The notes beneath the pieces were generated by a model. That model had not been told where the DNA came from. It ran no database searches and was given only the letters and a program-made list of their open reading frames with translations. This document shows positions 40,620 to 49,310 of a stretch of DNA of 64,000 nt, one piece after another; the first letter of the stretch is position 1, and each line of letters opens with the position of its first letter. The DNA is from a virus (Duplodnaviria > Caudoviricetes): the IMG/VR virus record IMGVR_UViG_3300032312_002284, positions 1 to 64,000 of that record. One strand, 5' to 3'. A program made the translations under genes and the position numbers.

Positions 40620-43600
40620 CTATGAAGGACAGTTTGGTGTGTCAGTTATATTCGATGCTACCCCAAAATAGTTACCTGTGAATACAATATCTGCAGGATA
40701 GTTAGGGTTCCAACCTGGAATTACATTTATAAATGTTACTTTTTTACCTTGTGAAGGTGAAGTTGGTTGAGATGTAAATCCTTGACCTAAGTTAACATTC
40801 AATACTGGTTGAGATTGTATAACAATAATAGGACTTAATGGGTAACTTCTACAAACTCTGTATATGTAAGTATATAATTGTGAGGATGGTGTTGGGGTTG
40901 TTGTTTTAGTTGGAGTAGGTGTAACCGTATTAGATGGGGTCACTTGAGGACTAACACCTGGAGTACAGAAAACACAATTTAACAAATCTCCTGACTCTAT
41001 TGAAGTTAACGTATGAGTAGGTGCTTGTGATACACTATCTAAATAAGTAACACAATAACTTATATTATTTATGAATACTGAAATTATACCACCTATTGGT
41101 ATGTCTCCTAAACTTCCTGTTACATAAAATATTTGGTCAGAATTACAGTCAGACAATTTTTTAGAAATTGGACATAATAAATTTTGTTCAAACGAATTAT
41201 AGGTAACAGAACCTGATAATGGTACGTTATATGGAATAGGACTAGTTGTCGGAGAAGGTGTTGGTGTTTGTGATACTGAAATAGTGAAAGTAGTAGCTGA
41301 AACATCTACTGATTTGCCATAACAATATTGAGTTGGTGTAACAGTTGGAGTTGGAGTTAATGTAGGTGTGGATGTGACGGTATTACTTGGAGTTAATCCT
41401 GGGTAAGTTGACCCACCAATTGAACAATCAAATAATGCTTCGAAATAAAAATCAGAACATGTGTTATCAGATGGTGAAGGTGTTGGTGTAATATAACCAG
41501 TATAAAGTATGTCATCACATAAATCAGGACAAATACTATAACAAGGACTTTTACCTTCAAGGATACAGGATTCTCCTAAATTTGTTGACAAACACCATCT
41601 GGTATTTGCTGAACTATAATATATAAAATATTCGTTAGAAGGATTCCAAAAATAAGCTTCACTGTTATATTCACCATATTGTAAATATACACCATCATAT
41701 TGAGTATATAATGGGTCATTGGTGTATAATGTATACACTTGTTGAGGACAAATTGTGTATGTCGTTGGAGTAACCGTTGGAGTAACTGTTGGTGTTGATG
41801 TATTAGTTGCGGTTGGTGTTGGTGATTTAAAACTAATTCCTGTTTTAGTTGGTGTTGGAGTTGGTGTAAATGACGCTGTAACAGTTGGACTTTGAGATGT
41901 TGGTGTAACAGTTGCGGTTGGAGTTTTAGTTGAGGTTGGAGTTTTAGTTGGGGTCGCGGACCTTGGAGGTGTATTTGAAGGAGTGACTGATGGTGTAACT
42001 GATGGTGTAACAACGATTGGAGTCGTTGAAAATATTTTAGATGGAGATGATACTCCACCACTACTACAAATTGCCTCGGTATATACATAAACTGGACCTG
42101 TTACGTACCCTCCCATAACAATACTAGCGGGTGAACTACAGCCAACAGTACTTGGAGTATAACTAATTCCGTCAAATGAATAATAAACTGTTACTGATGT
42201 ACAATTAACTCCTGCTCCTGACCAAAATACAAAAAACGCATTTGGTGGGGTATGTAGTACTACATTAGTTATTACAGGTGATATACAAACAGGTGAAGGT
42301 GTGACTGTTGATGTCTTAGTTGGAGTTACAGAAGCTTTAACAGGAAATGGAGTACTTGTTGCAGTTTTTGTTGGAGTGATAGTTGGTGTCGTAGTTGGAG
42401 ACGCTCCAAATTTTGGGGTTGTTGATGGAGTTATTGAAGTAGTTGGACTTGGAGCGACTAATCCTGGAGTTCTTGTTGGGGTTGGGGTTTTAGTTTGAGT
42501 TGCGGTTTTAGTTGGTGTTGGACTACCGGGTATTGGAGCTGGTGCTGGTTCTGGATTATTTTCTAAGTCAGTTAGGGATATTGTATTACACGCAACTAAT
42601 GATGCTGCGCCTGCATTAGCTACAGTTGACCCTTGAGGGGTTGTTGACCAACTACCTAAATTATATGTTAATTGTAAAATTGGCCCTGAACCGCGGTATA
42701 GATAAACATTACCCCCCTTCATAGCAATTCCGTATATGTCAGAATATCCAAAACTGCCTCCAGAGTTTGTATAACCACCAACTAATACCTCAACTTCAAT
42801 ATTACCTGTTGAACTATATTGTCTTATATAAAAAAATTCATCATCATTTGAGGGATTATATTGATATTCTGAAGTAATATATTTACCATTTGATAATATT
42901 AAAACGTCACCATTTAAAGTTGAATATAATCCGTTACCTAATGTGAATAATGTGGTAACAATTGGAACAGTTGGTATCAGGTTTGCCCGATATAAAACCC
43001 CATCAGATTCAAATACTACATTATTGTCGTCTATGGCGTCAAACCCTGCCCCTATAAAAAAACCGCTAGGTAAAGTTCTGGAGTCTACAAATTGTAAAGT
43101 TTGTTTATTATATCTTGAAATTACAAACGAAGCATAACCAAAAAAGTAATTTTGAGAAACCGCTAAATCAGCAGTTGGAGGAGTACCCCCAACACACGCA
43201 CCAACTAAAGAGGTTGTCTCAGTTATTGGATTATTCAGGTAAATACTGCCTGCAAAATTAACATATATTGGACAAGTGTCAGTTCCTGAAGATGGTGTTA
43301 CTGTTGGTGTTTTTGTTGGTGTTTTTGTTGGTGTCTTTGTTAAAGTTTTTGTTGGTGTCGGTGTTGGTGTTTTTGTTTTTGTTGGTGTTGGTGTTGGCGA
43401 TGTACATATAATACTTTCAGATGATAAACAATTTGCGCAATCATTTGTTCCATATTTTGTTATTGTAGTTGAAGCAACTGTTGGAGGTCCATATAAAGGT
43501 AATGTCCCATTGAATACTGTTGAAAATGAAATAAGAACAAAACAACTTGTAATCTCAGTACCTAATGACAAGTTTTTGATTGACATATGTACCGTCATGC

Positions 43601-44996
43601 CGACTGTAGGGACCACACCTTGACCAACCCAGTTAACCCCTGTTACTTGATAATTAACACTTGAACAACATTCTTGTAGAATGTAGTATGCGTTTTTATT
43701 AACAGGTGTTGGTGTTAGTGTTGGTGTTACGGAAGGTGAAACTGGTGATGGTGGGGAAACAGGGTTATTAATTAAATATTGTAATGTTACAGTATTACAA
43801 GATGGACTGGATGAACCAGCGCCTGAAATATTTTGACCATTAGCTAAGTTAAATTGAAACGTGACTTGCCAAACAGTCCCACTATAAGTTAATCTATAAA
43901 CAGAATAACCATTTATTAGATATAAGTTATTACCTTGAGTTGCAATACCTTCAACCTGAGTTAATCCCAAGTTTGTTAGGTTTATTGTATTTTGTAGTAC
44001 TCCTGAACCATTATACTCATTTAAATACTTTACACCTGAGCCACTTGTCACAGACATTATGTATGTGTTTGAAGATGTCTTGATTAAATCACCAGTAATT
44101 GAATATCCTGCAGGTAATGAAAATAATAATGTATTACTTGCGGTCGAAGTACTTACGTTTAATGAGTAAATTGAATTACTTGAATTACAAATTAATACGT
44201 TTTCACTCACACTTGCTAAACCTCTACCAAGAGTAATCGTTGTCGATATTGTATTAATTAATTGTAAATTTGACTTGTTATATCGATATATTACATTTCC
44301 TAAATTGGATGTGTAAATATAACTTGTTGTTACCGCAATATCATTTGAAGTTAATGCCGGATTTAAAGTACCTAAAAGAGAATATGTATTTGCACTAGGA
44401 TTGATTGTTGTAATCCTATCTGCATTTGCATCAATTAAATATATTGTACAATCAACATAACCTGGTGGTGGACTTGTTGATGGTGTTGGTGTTTGTGTGG
44501 GTGTTTTGGTTGGGGTCTTAGTTTGTGTTTTAGTAACTGTTGGAGTCTTAGTTTTTGTTGGGGTAACTGTTTTAGTTGGTGTTGGAGTTTTAGTTTTAGT
44601 TGGTGTTGGAGTTTTTGTTGGAGTTCTAGTTGGACTCGCAGCTGGACCTCCTGAATCTAAACAAATTGTAATTTCATCTTTACAAACAGCACAGCTAGCA
44701 CAAGCATAATTAAAACTTGGACATGGTCCATAACCACCACTACCTACAAATCCAGTCCAAGTGTATGTTGAAAGAGATGGATTAGGTCCTGGAAGTGAGG
44801 ATACAATTATTCCACAATCACCTGCTGGGAAACCTGTACTTACAATCGTATATACTTCACCTATTCCAACAGTTATAGTATCGCCTAAGTAATTAGTATA
44901 ATCAGGAATACCGCTAGGGGCGTAAAGAACATACTGAGTTTGAGATACTCCTACGCAACATCTAACAATTTTATAATAACCTGGTAATAAAGCCAT
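40620..44996 (-). CDS. Large modular adhesin-like virion protein (1458 aa): CC modules, two beta-propeller-like domains, PT linkers
   Basis: YKIVRCCVG and YILQECCSS modules; internally duplicated ~230-aa domain; at least seven PT-rich tracts. Confidence 0.7.
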   Translation of the reverse strand: MALLPGYYKIVRCCVGVSQTQYVLYAPSGIPDYTNYLGDTITVGIGEVYTIVSTGFPAGDCGIIVSSLPGPNPSLSTYTWTGFVGSGGYGPCPSFNYACASCAVCKDEITICLDSGGPAASPTRTPTKTPTPTKTKTPTPTKTVTPTKTKTPTVTKTQTKTPTKTPTQTPTPSTSPPPGYVDCTIYLIDANADRITTINPSANTYSLLGTLNPALTSNDIAVTTSYIYTSNLGNVIYRYNKSNLQLINTISTTITLGRGLASVSENVLICNSSNSIYSLNVSTSTASNTLLFSLPAGYSITGDLIKTSSNTYIMSVTSGSGVKYLNEYNGSGVLQNTINLTNLGLTQVEGIATQGNNLYLINGYSVYRLTYSGTVWQVTFQFNLANGQNISGAGSSSPSCNTVTLQYLINNPVSPPSPVSPSVTPTLTPTPVNKNAYYILQECCSSVNYQVTGVNWVGQGVVPTVGMTVHMSIKNLSLGTEITSCFVLISFSTVFNGTLPLYGPPTVASTTITKYGTNDCANCLSSESIICTSPTPTPTKTKTPTPTPTKTLTKTPTKTPTKTPTVTPSSGTDTCPIYVNFAGSIYLNNPITETTSLVGACVGGTPPTADLAVSQNYFFGYASFVISRYNKQTLQFVDSRTLPSGFFIGAGFDAIDDNNVVFESDGVLYRANLIPTVPIVTTLFTLGNGLYSTLNGDVLILSNGKYITSEYQYNPSNDDEFFYIRQYSSTGNIEVEVLVGGYTNSGGSFGYSDIYGIAMKGGNVYLYRGSGPILQLTYNLGSWSTTPQGSTVANAGAASLVACNTISLTDLENNPEPAPAPIPGSPTPTKTATQTKTPTPTRTPGLVAPSPTTSITPSTTPKFGASPTTTPTITPTKTATSTPFPVKASVTPTKTSTVTPSPVCISPVITNVVLHTPPNAFFVFWSGAGVNCTSVTVYYSFDGISYTPSTVGCSSPASIVMGGYVTGPVYVYTEAICSSGGVSSPSKIFSTTPIVVTPSVTPSVTPSNTPPRSATPTKTPTSTKTPTATVTPTSQSPTVTASFTPTPTPTKTGISFKSPTPTATNTSTPTVTPTVTPTTYTICPQQVYTLYTNDPLYTQYDGVYLQYGEYNSEAYFWNPSNEYFIYYSSANTRWCLSTNLGESCILEGKSPCYSICPDLCDDILYTGYITPTPSPSDNTCSDFYFEALFDCSIGGSTYPGLTPSNTVTSTPTLTPTPTVTPTQYCYGKSVDVSATTFTISVSQTPTPSPTTSPIPYNVPLSGSVTYNSFEQNLLCPISKKLSDCNSDQIFYVTGSLGDIPIGGIISVFINNISYCVTYLDSVSQAPTHTLTSIESGDLLNCVFCTPGVSPQVTPSNTVTPTPTKTTTPTPSSQLYTYIYRVCRSYPLSPIIVIQSQPVLNVNLGQGFTSQPTSPSQGKKVTFINVIPGWNPNYPADIVFTGNYFGVASNITDTPNCPS

Positions 44997-45220
44997 TAAC
45001 TTACATTAAAATTATTAATTATCACACAACCATAGACATCAATTAATTTGATAATATAATTACTTTGAGTATCAAATGGTTGTGGTATTATAAAATTATA
45101 TGGTAATTGAGAATCGGTAATTTGATTAATATAAATACAAGTTGTTTGTGAAGTATCACAAAGATATACATCATACGGAGTTGACCCCGTTATATTATTA
45201 ACCGTAACTTGAACTGCCAT
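44996..45220 (-). CDS. Stand-alone copy of the N-terminal module (74 aa)
   Basis: VNNITGSTPYDVYLCDTSQTTC...IKLIDVYGC is homologous to the N-termini of 18034 and 33215; TAATG coupling to the 1458-aa gene. Confidence 0.75.
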   Translation of the reverse strand: MAVQVTVNNITGSTPYDVYLCDTSQTTCIYINQITDSQLPYNFIIPQPFDTQSNYIIKLIDVYGCVIINNFNVS

Positions 45221-45229
45221 AACTTTTAA

Positions 45230-45236
45230 ATAAATA
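45230..45236 (-). promoter_or_regulatory. TATTTAT motif for the inverted gene pair
   Basis: ATAAATA on the + strand, 9 nt before the ATG at 45220. Confidence 0.5.
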
Positions 45237-45261
45237 TAGAAATAACAAAAAGTTTGTGTAG

Positions 45262-45292
45262 TTTGATTTAAATAACTTTTTTATTATATTTT
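45262..45292 (+). promoter_or_regulatory. Bacteroidota-type -33/-7 promoter (one mismatch)
   Basis: TTTG-N19-TATATTTT upstream of primase. Confidence 0.55.
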
Positions 45293-45297
45293 ATGGT

Positions 45298-46194
45298 ATG
45301 GACGAAAATGAAGTATTGGTGGATATGATGAGAGACCTTTTTGGAAAAGAAAAACATTTCTATTCTTCAAAAGGTCAAATTTCATTTAATTGTCCTTATT
45401 GTGATGATGGAAAAAATAAAGGTAACTTAGAAATTAATATTAATGAACACGTATACAAATGTTGGGCGTGTTCTGAAACAAATGGAACTCATGGAGTGTT
45501 AGGTAAATTAATTGACATCTTTGGCACCAAAAGACAAAGAAAAATTTACGACATATTCAAACCTGAAGACCAAAAGGTAAAAGAAAAATTTATTCCAAAA
45601 TTACAGTTACCTAAAGAATTTACATCATTCAAAGATATTAATCCATTACACATTCCACATAAAGAAGCGTTAAAGTATATAAAATCACGAGGTATAACCG
45701 ACCAAATGATTGAAAAATATAATATTGGATTTGCAAGTGAGGGTGAATACATGGGAAGGGTTATTATCCCATCATACGATAAAGAAGGTGAATTAAATTA
45801 CTTTGTTTCAAGAGCGTGGTTTAAAACCAAAAACAAATATAAAAACCCTGAGGCCCCAAAGGAAGTTATCATATTTAACGAAAAGTTAATTGATTGGGAA
45901 AAACCAATTTATCTATGTGAAGGTGTTTTTGATGGGTTCTTTGTTCCAAACCCTGTAATACTTTTAGGTAAGGTTTTAAGTGAAAAGTTATTTGAGACAA
46001 TTTATGATAACGCAAAGTCGGATATTATTATTTGTTTGGACGCCGATGCTTGGAAAGATGCTCAAAAGTTATACAATCAATTAAATGGTGGAAAGTTAAG
46101 AGGTAGAGTTAAAGTTTTAAAACTACCAAAAGATTCAGATGTTGCCGAGTTACGAGGTAAGATTGATGATTATTATTATGAAATGAAATACTAA
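45298..46194 (+). CDS. DNA primase (Zn ribbon + TOPRIM), DnaG / T4 gp61-like
   Basis: CPYCD...CWAC; GRVIIPSYD...YFVSR; LCEGVFDG; ICLDADA. Confidence 0.9.
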   Translation: MDENEVLVDMMRDLFGKEKHFYSSKGQISFNCPYCDDGKNKGNLEININEHVYKCWACSETNGTHGVLGKLIDIFGTKRQRKIYDIFKPEDQKVKEKFIPKLQLPKEFTSFKDINPLHIPHKEALKYIKSRGITDQMIEKYNIGFASEGEYMGRVIIPSYDKEGELNYFVSRAWFKTKNKYKNPEAPKEVIIFNEKLIDWEKPIYLCEGVFDGFFVPNPVILLGKVLSEKLFETIYDNAKSDIIICLDADAWKDAQKLYNQLNGGKLRGRVKVLKLPKDSDVAELRGKIDDYYYEMKY

Positions 46195-46195
46195 T

Positions 46196-47050
46196 ATGGA
46201 TTTATATAAAATAAGAGATGAAATTTTAGAAATAATTTCACAAAAACAAAAAGAGATAGGGATTACGTTTGAGGAAGAATCACATAAATACACTATGTTA
46301 GATAATGAGGGTAATTTACGAAGTGATTGGCCATCAGTATCTAAGGTATTAAAAAAGTTTTATCCCGAGTTCCCAACTGACGAGGCTGCGGAAAAGAAAT
46401 CAAAAGGTGACCCTATTGTTAAACAACAATTGATTGAAGAGTGGGCGGCTGCCGGTGACTACTCAACCAATATGGGAAGTAGAGTTCACTATATTTTAGA
46501 ACAAGAATCTCATAAAGTTTTTAAAATAAATAAGGTCGTTAGAAAACCTGAGTTTAATTGTGATTTTACTCAAATACTGAAAGGGGATAGTATGGTTAGT
46601 GCTGGTAAAAAATTTTTAAAATTAATGGAGAATCGTAATGTGGTTCTCTTGGATACTGAAATTGTTCTAGGGTCAAATGAATTAGGCTACACAGGTCAAC
46701 CTGACAAAGTGTGGTTAGTTATAAATAAGAAAGGTGATGAGTTTGGATTATTAATTACGGATTATAAAACAAACAAACCAAAAAACTTTGTTGCCAACAA
46801 CTTTACAAAACCTATGTTTAGACCCTTTGAAAAATATTTAAACACTGCGTTAGGTCACTATTATGTTCAATTACCTTTATATGGTAAATTATTGTTAAAA
46901 ATGTTAGAGGGGACAAAATATGAAAACATTAGGTTATATGGATGTATTGTTGTATTATTGCGTGAGGATTCAGAATATGAAGAATATCGTGTTCCGCAAG
47001 ATGTAATTGATACCGTTCTTAATATGAACGTAAAAGATTATTTAAATTGA
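46196..47050 (+). CDS. PD-(D/E)XK (RecB/Cas4-like) exonuclease
   Basis: PSVSKVL, GSRVHYILE, DTEIV, GQPDKV, ITDYKT, YYVQLPLY. Confidence 0.85.
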   Translation: MDLYKIRDEILEIISQKQKEIGITFEEESHKYTMLDNEGNLRSDWPSVSKVLKKFYPEFPTDEAAEKKSKGDPIVKQQLIEEWAAAGDYSTNMGSRVHYILEQESHKVFKINKVVRKPEFNCDFTQILKGDSMVSAGKKFLKLMENRNVVLLDTEIVLGSNELGYTGQPDKVWLVINKKGDEFGLLITDYKTNKPKNFVANNFTKPMFRPFEKYLNTALGHYYVQLPLYGKLLLKMLEGTKYENIRLYGCIVVLLREDSEYEEYRVPQDVIDTVLNMNVKDYLN

Positions 47051-47077
47051 CAATCAACTTAAAAAGTTATATATTTA
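47047..47077 (+). promoter_or_regulatory. Putative early/middle promoter
   Basis: TTGACA-N17-TATATTTA upstream of 47084. Confidence 0.5.
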
Positions 47078-47083
47078 AACACT

Positions 47084-47302
47084 ATGATTAAACTAACATT
47101 TTACACAAAAAACAAACAAGTTACCGTTGATTTTGGTGAACTACATCACGAAAGTTACGAGAACGTACCAACAGTTCAGGTAAGAGAAGGATACTATGAA
47201 GTTATGAAACGAATTGATAATATTACGGTTCCTTCAGGTTACTCATCAATTCCTGTACTAAGAGTACCAATTAATAATACAATAATGTTTATAGAAGAAT
47301 AA
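47084..47302 (+). CDS. Hypothetical protein
   Basis: 72-aa ORF after a promoter. Confidence 0.65.
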   Translation: MIKLTFYTKNKQVTVDFGELHHESYENVPTVQVREGYYEVMKRIDNITVPSGYSSIPVLRVPINNTIMFIEE

Positions 47303-47303
47303 T

Positions 47304-47537
47304 ATGGAATTAGAAAAACCAAGAATTAATTTAAGAGAAATGAACTTTGTTAAATGTGACGAATGTGACTTTGACCAGTTCAAAGAAGTAACTTATTTAA
47401 AATTAGTGCCAAAACTAATGACAGGGTCACCTAATGACACAATCGTACCTTTCCCAACTTACGCTTGTTTAAAGTGTGGACATATTAATGAGGAATTAAA
47501 TCCTTTCACACAAGATTCACCTAAACTTGACTTATGA
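47304..47537 (+). CDS. Small zinc-ribbon protein
   Basis: CDECD and CLKCG pairs. Confidence 0.7.
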   Translation: MELEKPRINLREMNFVKCDECDFDQFKEVTYLKLVPKLMTGSPNDTIVPFPTYACLKCGHINEELNPFTQDSPKLDL

Positions 47538-48313
47538 TAAAAAAAATAATTCATTTCAGTGATTTACACATTCGTTTATTTAAAGACCACGACTTGTATA
47601 AGAGAATTTTACAAGATGCCTTCAAACAGTGGAGAGATATTGCTCCTGACCGTATTGTCTTTACTGGAGATTTAGTCCATTCTAAAAATCAAATGACACC
47701 TGAGCTTGTTGAATTTATTGCTTGGGTATTGACAGAATGTTCAAAAATTACTAAGACAATTTTAATACCTGGTAACCATGACTTCCTTGAAAATAATATG
47801 GAAAGATTGGACGCCTTAACTCCAGTGGTAGATTCATTACAAAATGAAATGGTGGTCTATTATAAGAATAGAGGTGTGTACCCTGACCAAAATATTGATT
47901 GGTGTGTGTACTCACTTATGGACCATAATATTCCACCTGAGATTGAAAAATCAGACCGAGTTAAGATTGGATTGTTCCATGGTCCTGTACAAGGATTAAC
48001 AACCAATTTAGGATTTAAATTTGAAGATGGATTTGAATCTTCAAAATTTGATGGATGTGATTTGGTATTTTGTGGTGACATCCATAAGAGACAAATCTTT
48101 GATATACCCGGTGGGAAGAAAGCTTATATGATTGGTTCAACCATTGTACAAAACTATGGTGAAACTATTACAAAACATGGGTATGGTATTTACGATGTTG
48201 AAAAGGATAAATATGTTACTGTTGACTTACATAACCCAAAACCATTTATTGCTTTTAGAATAAACTCATACGAAGATATTGAAAATGGAAAAGAAAAACT
48301 TGTTAACTATTGA
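47534..48313 (+). CDS. Mre11/SbcD/T4 gp47-like nuclease (phosphoesterase domain only)
   Basis: SDLHI, GDLVH, GNHD, HG and GDIH motifs; only 259 aa. Confidence 0.9.
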   Translation: MIKKIIHFSDLHIRLFKDHDLYKRILQDAFKQWRDIAPDRIVFTGDLVHSKNQMTPELVEFIAWVLTECSKITKTILIPGNHDFLENNMERLDALTPVVDSLQNEMVVYYKNRGVYPDQNIDWCVYSLMDHNIPPEIEKSDRVKIGLFHGPVQGLTTNLGFKFEDGFESSKFDGCDLVFCGDIHKRQIFDIPGGKKAYMIGSTIVQNYGETITKHGYGIYDVEKDKYVTVDLHNPKPFIAFRINSYEDIENGKEKLVNY

Positions 48314-48737
48314 GTTAAGTAAATTAGACTCTGAGGATATCAATTTATTTTGTAAATCAAATGAAATAGATGATATTAATGGATTTGTTACATTATGTTT
48401 GAGAAAGGGTTACTATATTGAAAAATATGGATTATTAAATCAAGGTAACCTACCTGATGTAATTGAGAGAGAATTTGAGAGAGAAATAAAAGTTGAAGAC
48501 ACCTCAAAGATTGAAGAACTTGAAAACCAAATTTATATACTCAAAGGTAAACTTGAAAACCAAAAAGAAATCGAGTGTTTAAAACTCCAAGAGACACTTA
48601 TGGAACTTAATAGACAACTTGGAGATAAAAATGAAACAATAAAAGAATTAAGAAGTAAGGTTAGTGACCTTGAAAATTTGACAAAAACTTCTTATGCTTT
48701 TTATATGAAAAATTCAAACTTAACAAATAAATTATAA
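48279..48737 (+). CDS. Coiled-coil hypothetical protein
   Basis: Heptad-rich C-terminal half. Confidence 0.6.
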   Translation: MKMEKKNLLTIELSKLDSEDINLFCKSNEIDDINGFVTLCLRKGYYIEKYGLLNQGNLPDVIEREFEREIKVEDTSKIEELENQIYILKGKLENQKEIECLKLQETLMELNRQLGDKNETIKELRSKVSDLENLTKTSYAFYMKNSNLTNKL

Positions 48738-48741
48738 TATT

Positions 48742-49092
48742 ATGACAGCATTTATTGTATGGGCAATATTAGCCTACGGATTCAGCACAATAATGGTATA
48801 TGGTACCATTTTTAAAGGAATGAGAAATTTCATAAAAGAATATGGAGAATCTGATTTGATTATGTCAGACACATTAAAATTCATATCTAGTATTTTATCA
48901 TGTATGATGTGTTGTTCTACATGGATTGGGTTTTTCTTAGGTTTATTTATTTATTCTCCTACCCACGAATTATTCCAATTAAACTCATATTTCTCTTGGT
49001 TTTTTGACGGATTATTGGCTTCAGGGTCAGTATGGGGAATAAATGGATTTATTGAATGGTTCGAAGAAAATAGACCAAGTAAAATTAAATAA
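48742..49092 (+). CDS. Small membrane protein with a CxxC motif (DUF1360-like)
   Basis: Hydrophobic helices; ILSCMMCCSTWIG resembles the DUF1360 CxxCxSxW motif. Confidence 0.55.
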   Translation: MTAFIVWAILAYGFSTIMVYGTIFKGMRNFIKEYGESDLIMSDTLKFISSILSCMMCCSTWIGFFLGLFIYSPTHELFQLNSYFSWFFDGLLASGSVWGINGFIEWFEENRPSKIK

Positions 49093-49108
49093 CTAAAAAC
49101 AAATATAT

Positions 49109-49294
49109 ATGCCAAAATCAAGATTAAGACCAAACCACAAACAGAAAGTTACGGCTTGGAAAATGAGAACCGAAAATGATAAACGACGCTATCAAAAATT
49201 GATGAATGAAGCGATGATGGAACAAATTGAAAAAATGAGGGCCGCTCAATCGGGTACCACTGAAAACAATGCACCTGTTCAGCAAACCGTTTAA
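49109..49294 (+). CDS. Small basic hypothetical protein
   Basis: MPKSRLRPNHKQK...; A-rich upstream context. Confidence 0.6.
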   Translation: MPKSRLRPNHKQKVTAWKMRTENDKRRYQKLMNEAMMEQIEKMRAAQSGTTENNAPVQQTV

Positions 49295-49310
49295 TTTAGA
49301 AAGAGTAAAG

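Noticed and set aside
41120-44709. Plus-strand Val/Gly- or Gln/His-rich ORFs (41576..42088, 43276..43623, 44497..44709 etc.)
   Set aside because: Antisense or alternative-frame shadows of the Thr/Pro linkers of the 1458-aa gene
44990-45000. Programmed frameshift fusing the 74-aa module to the 1458-aa protein
   Set aside because: Only an ordinary TAATG stop-start overlap; no slippery heptamer or stimulatory structure seen
46196-47050. Cas4 of a CRISPR system
   Set aside because: PD-(D/E)XK motifs are present but there is no Fe-S Cys cluster, array or other cas gene; the context is primase and recombination genes
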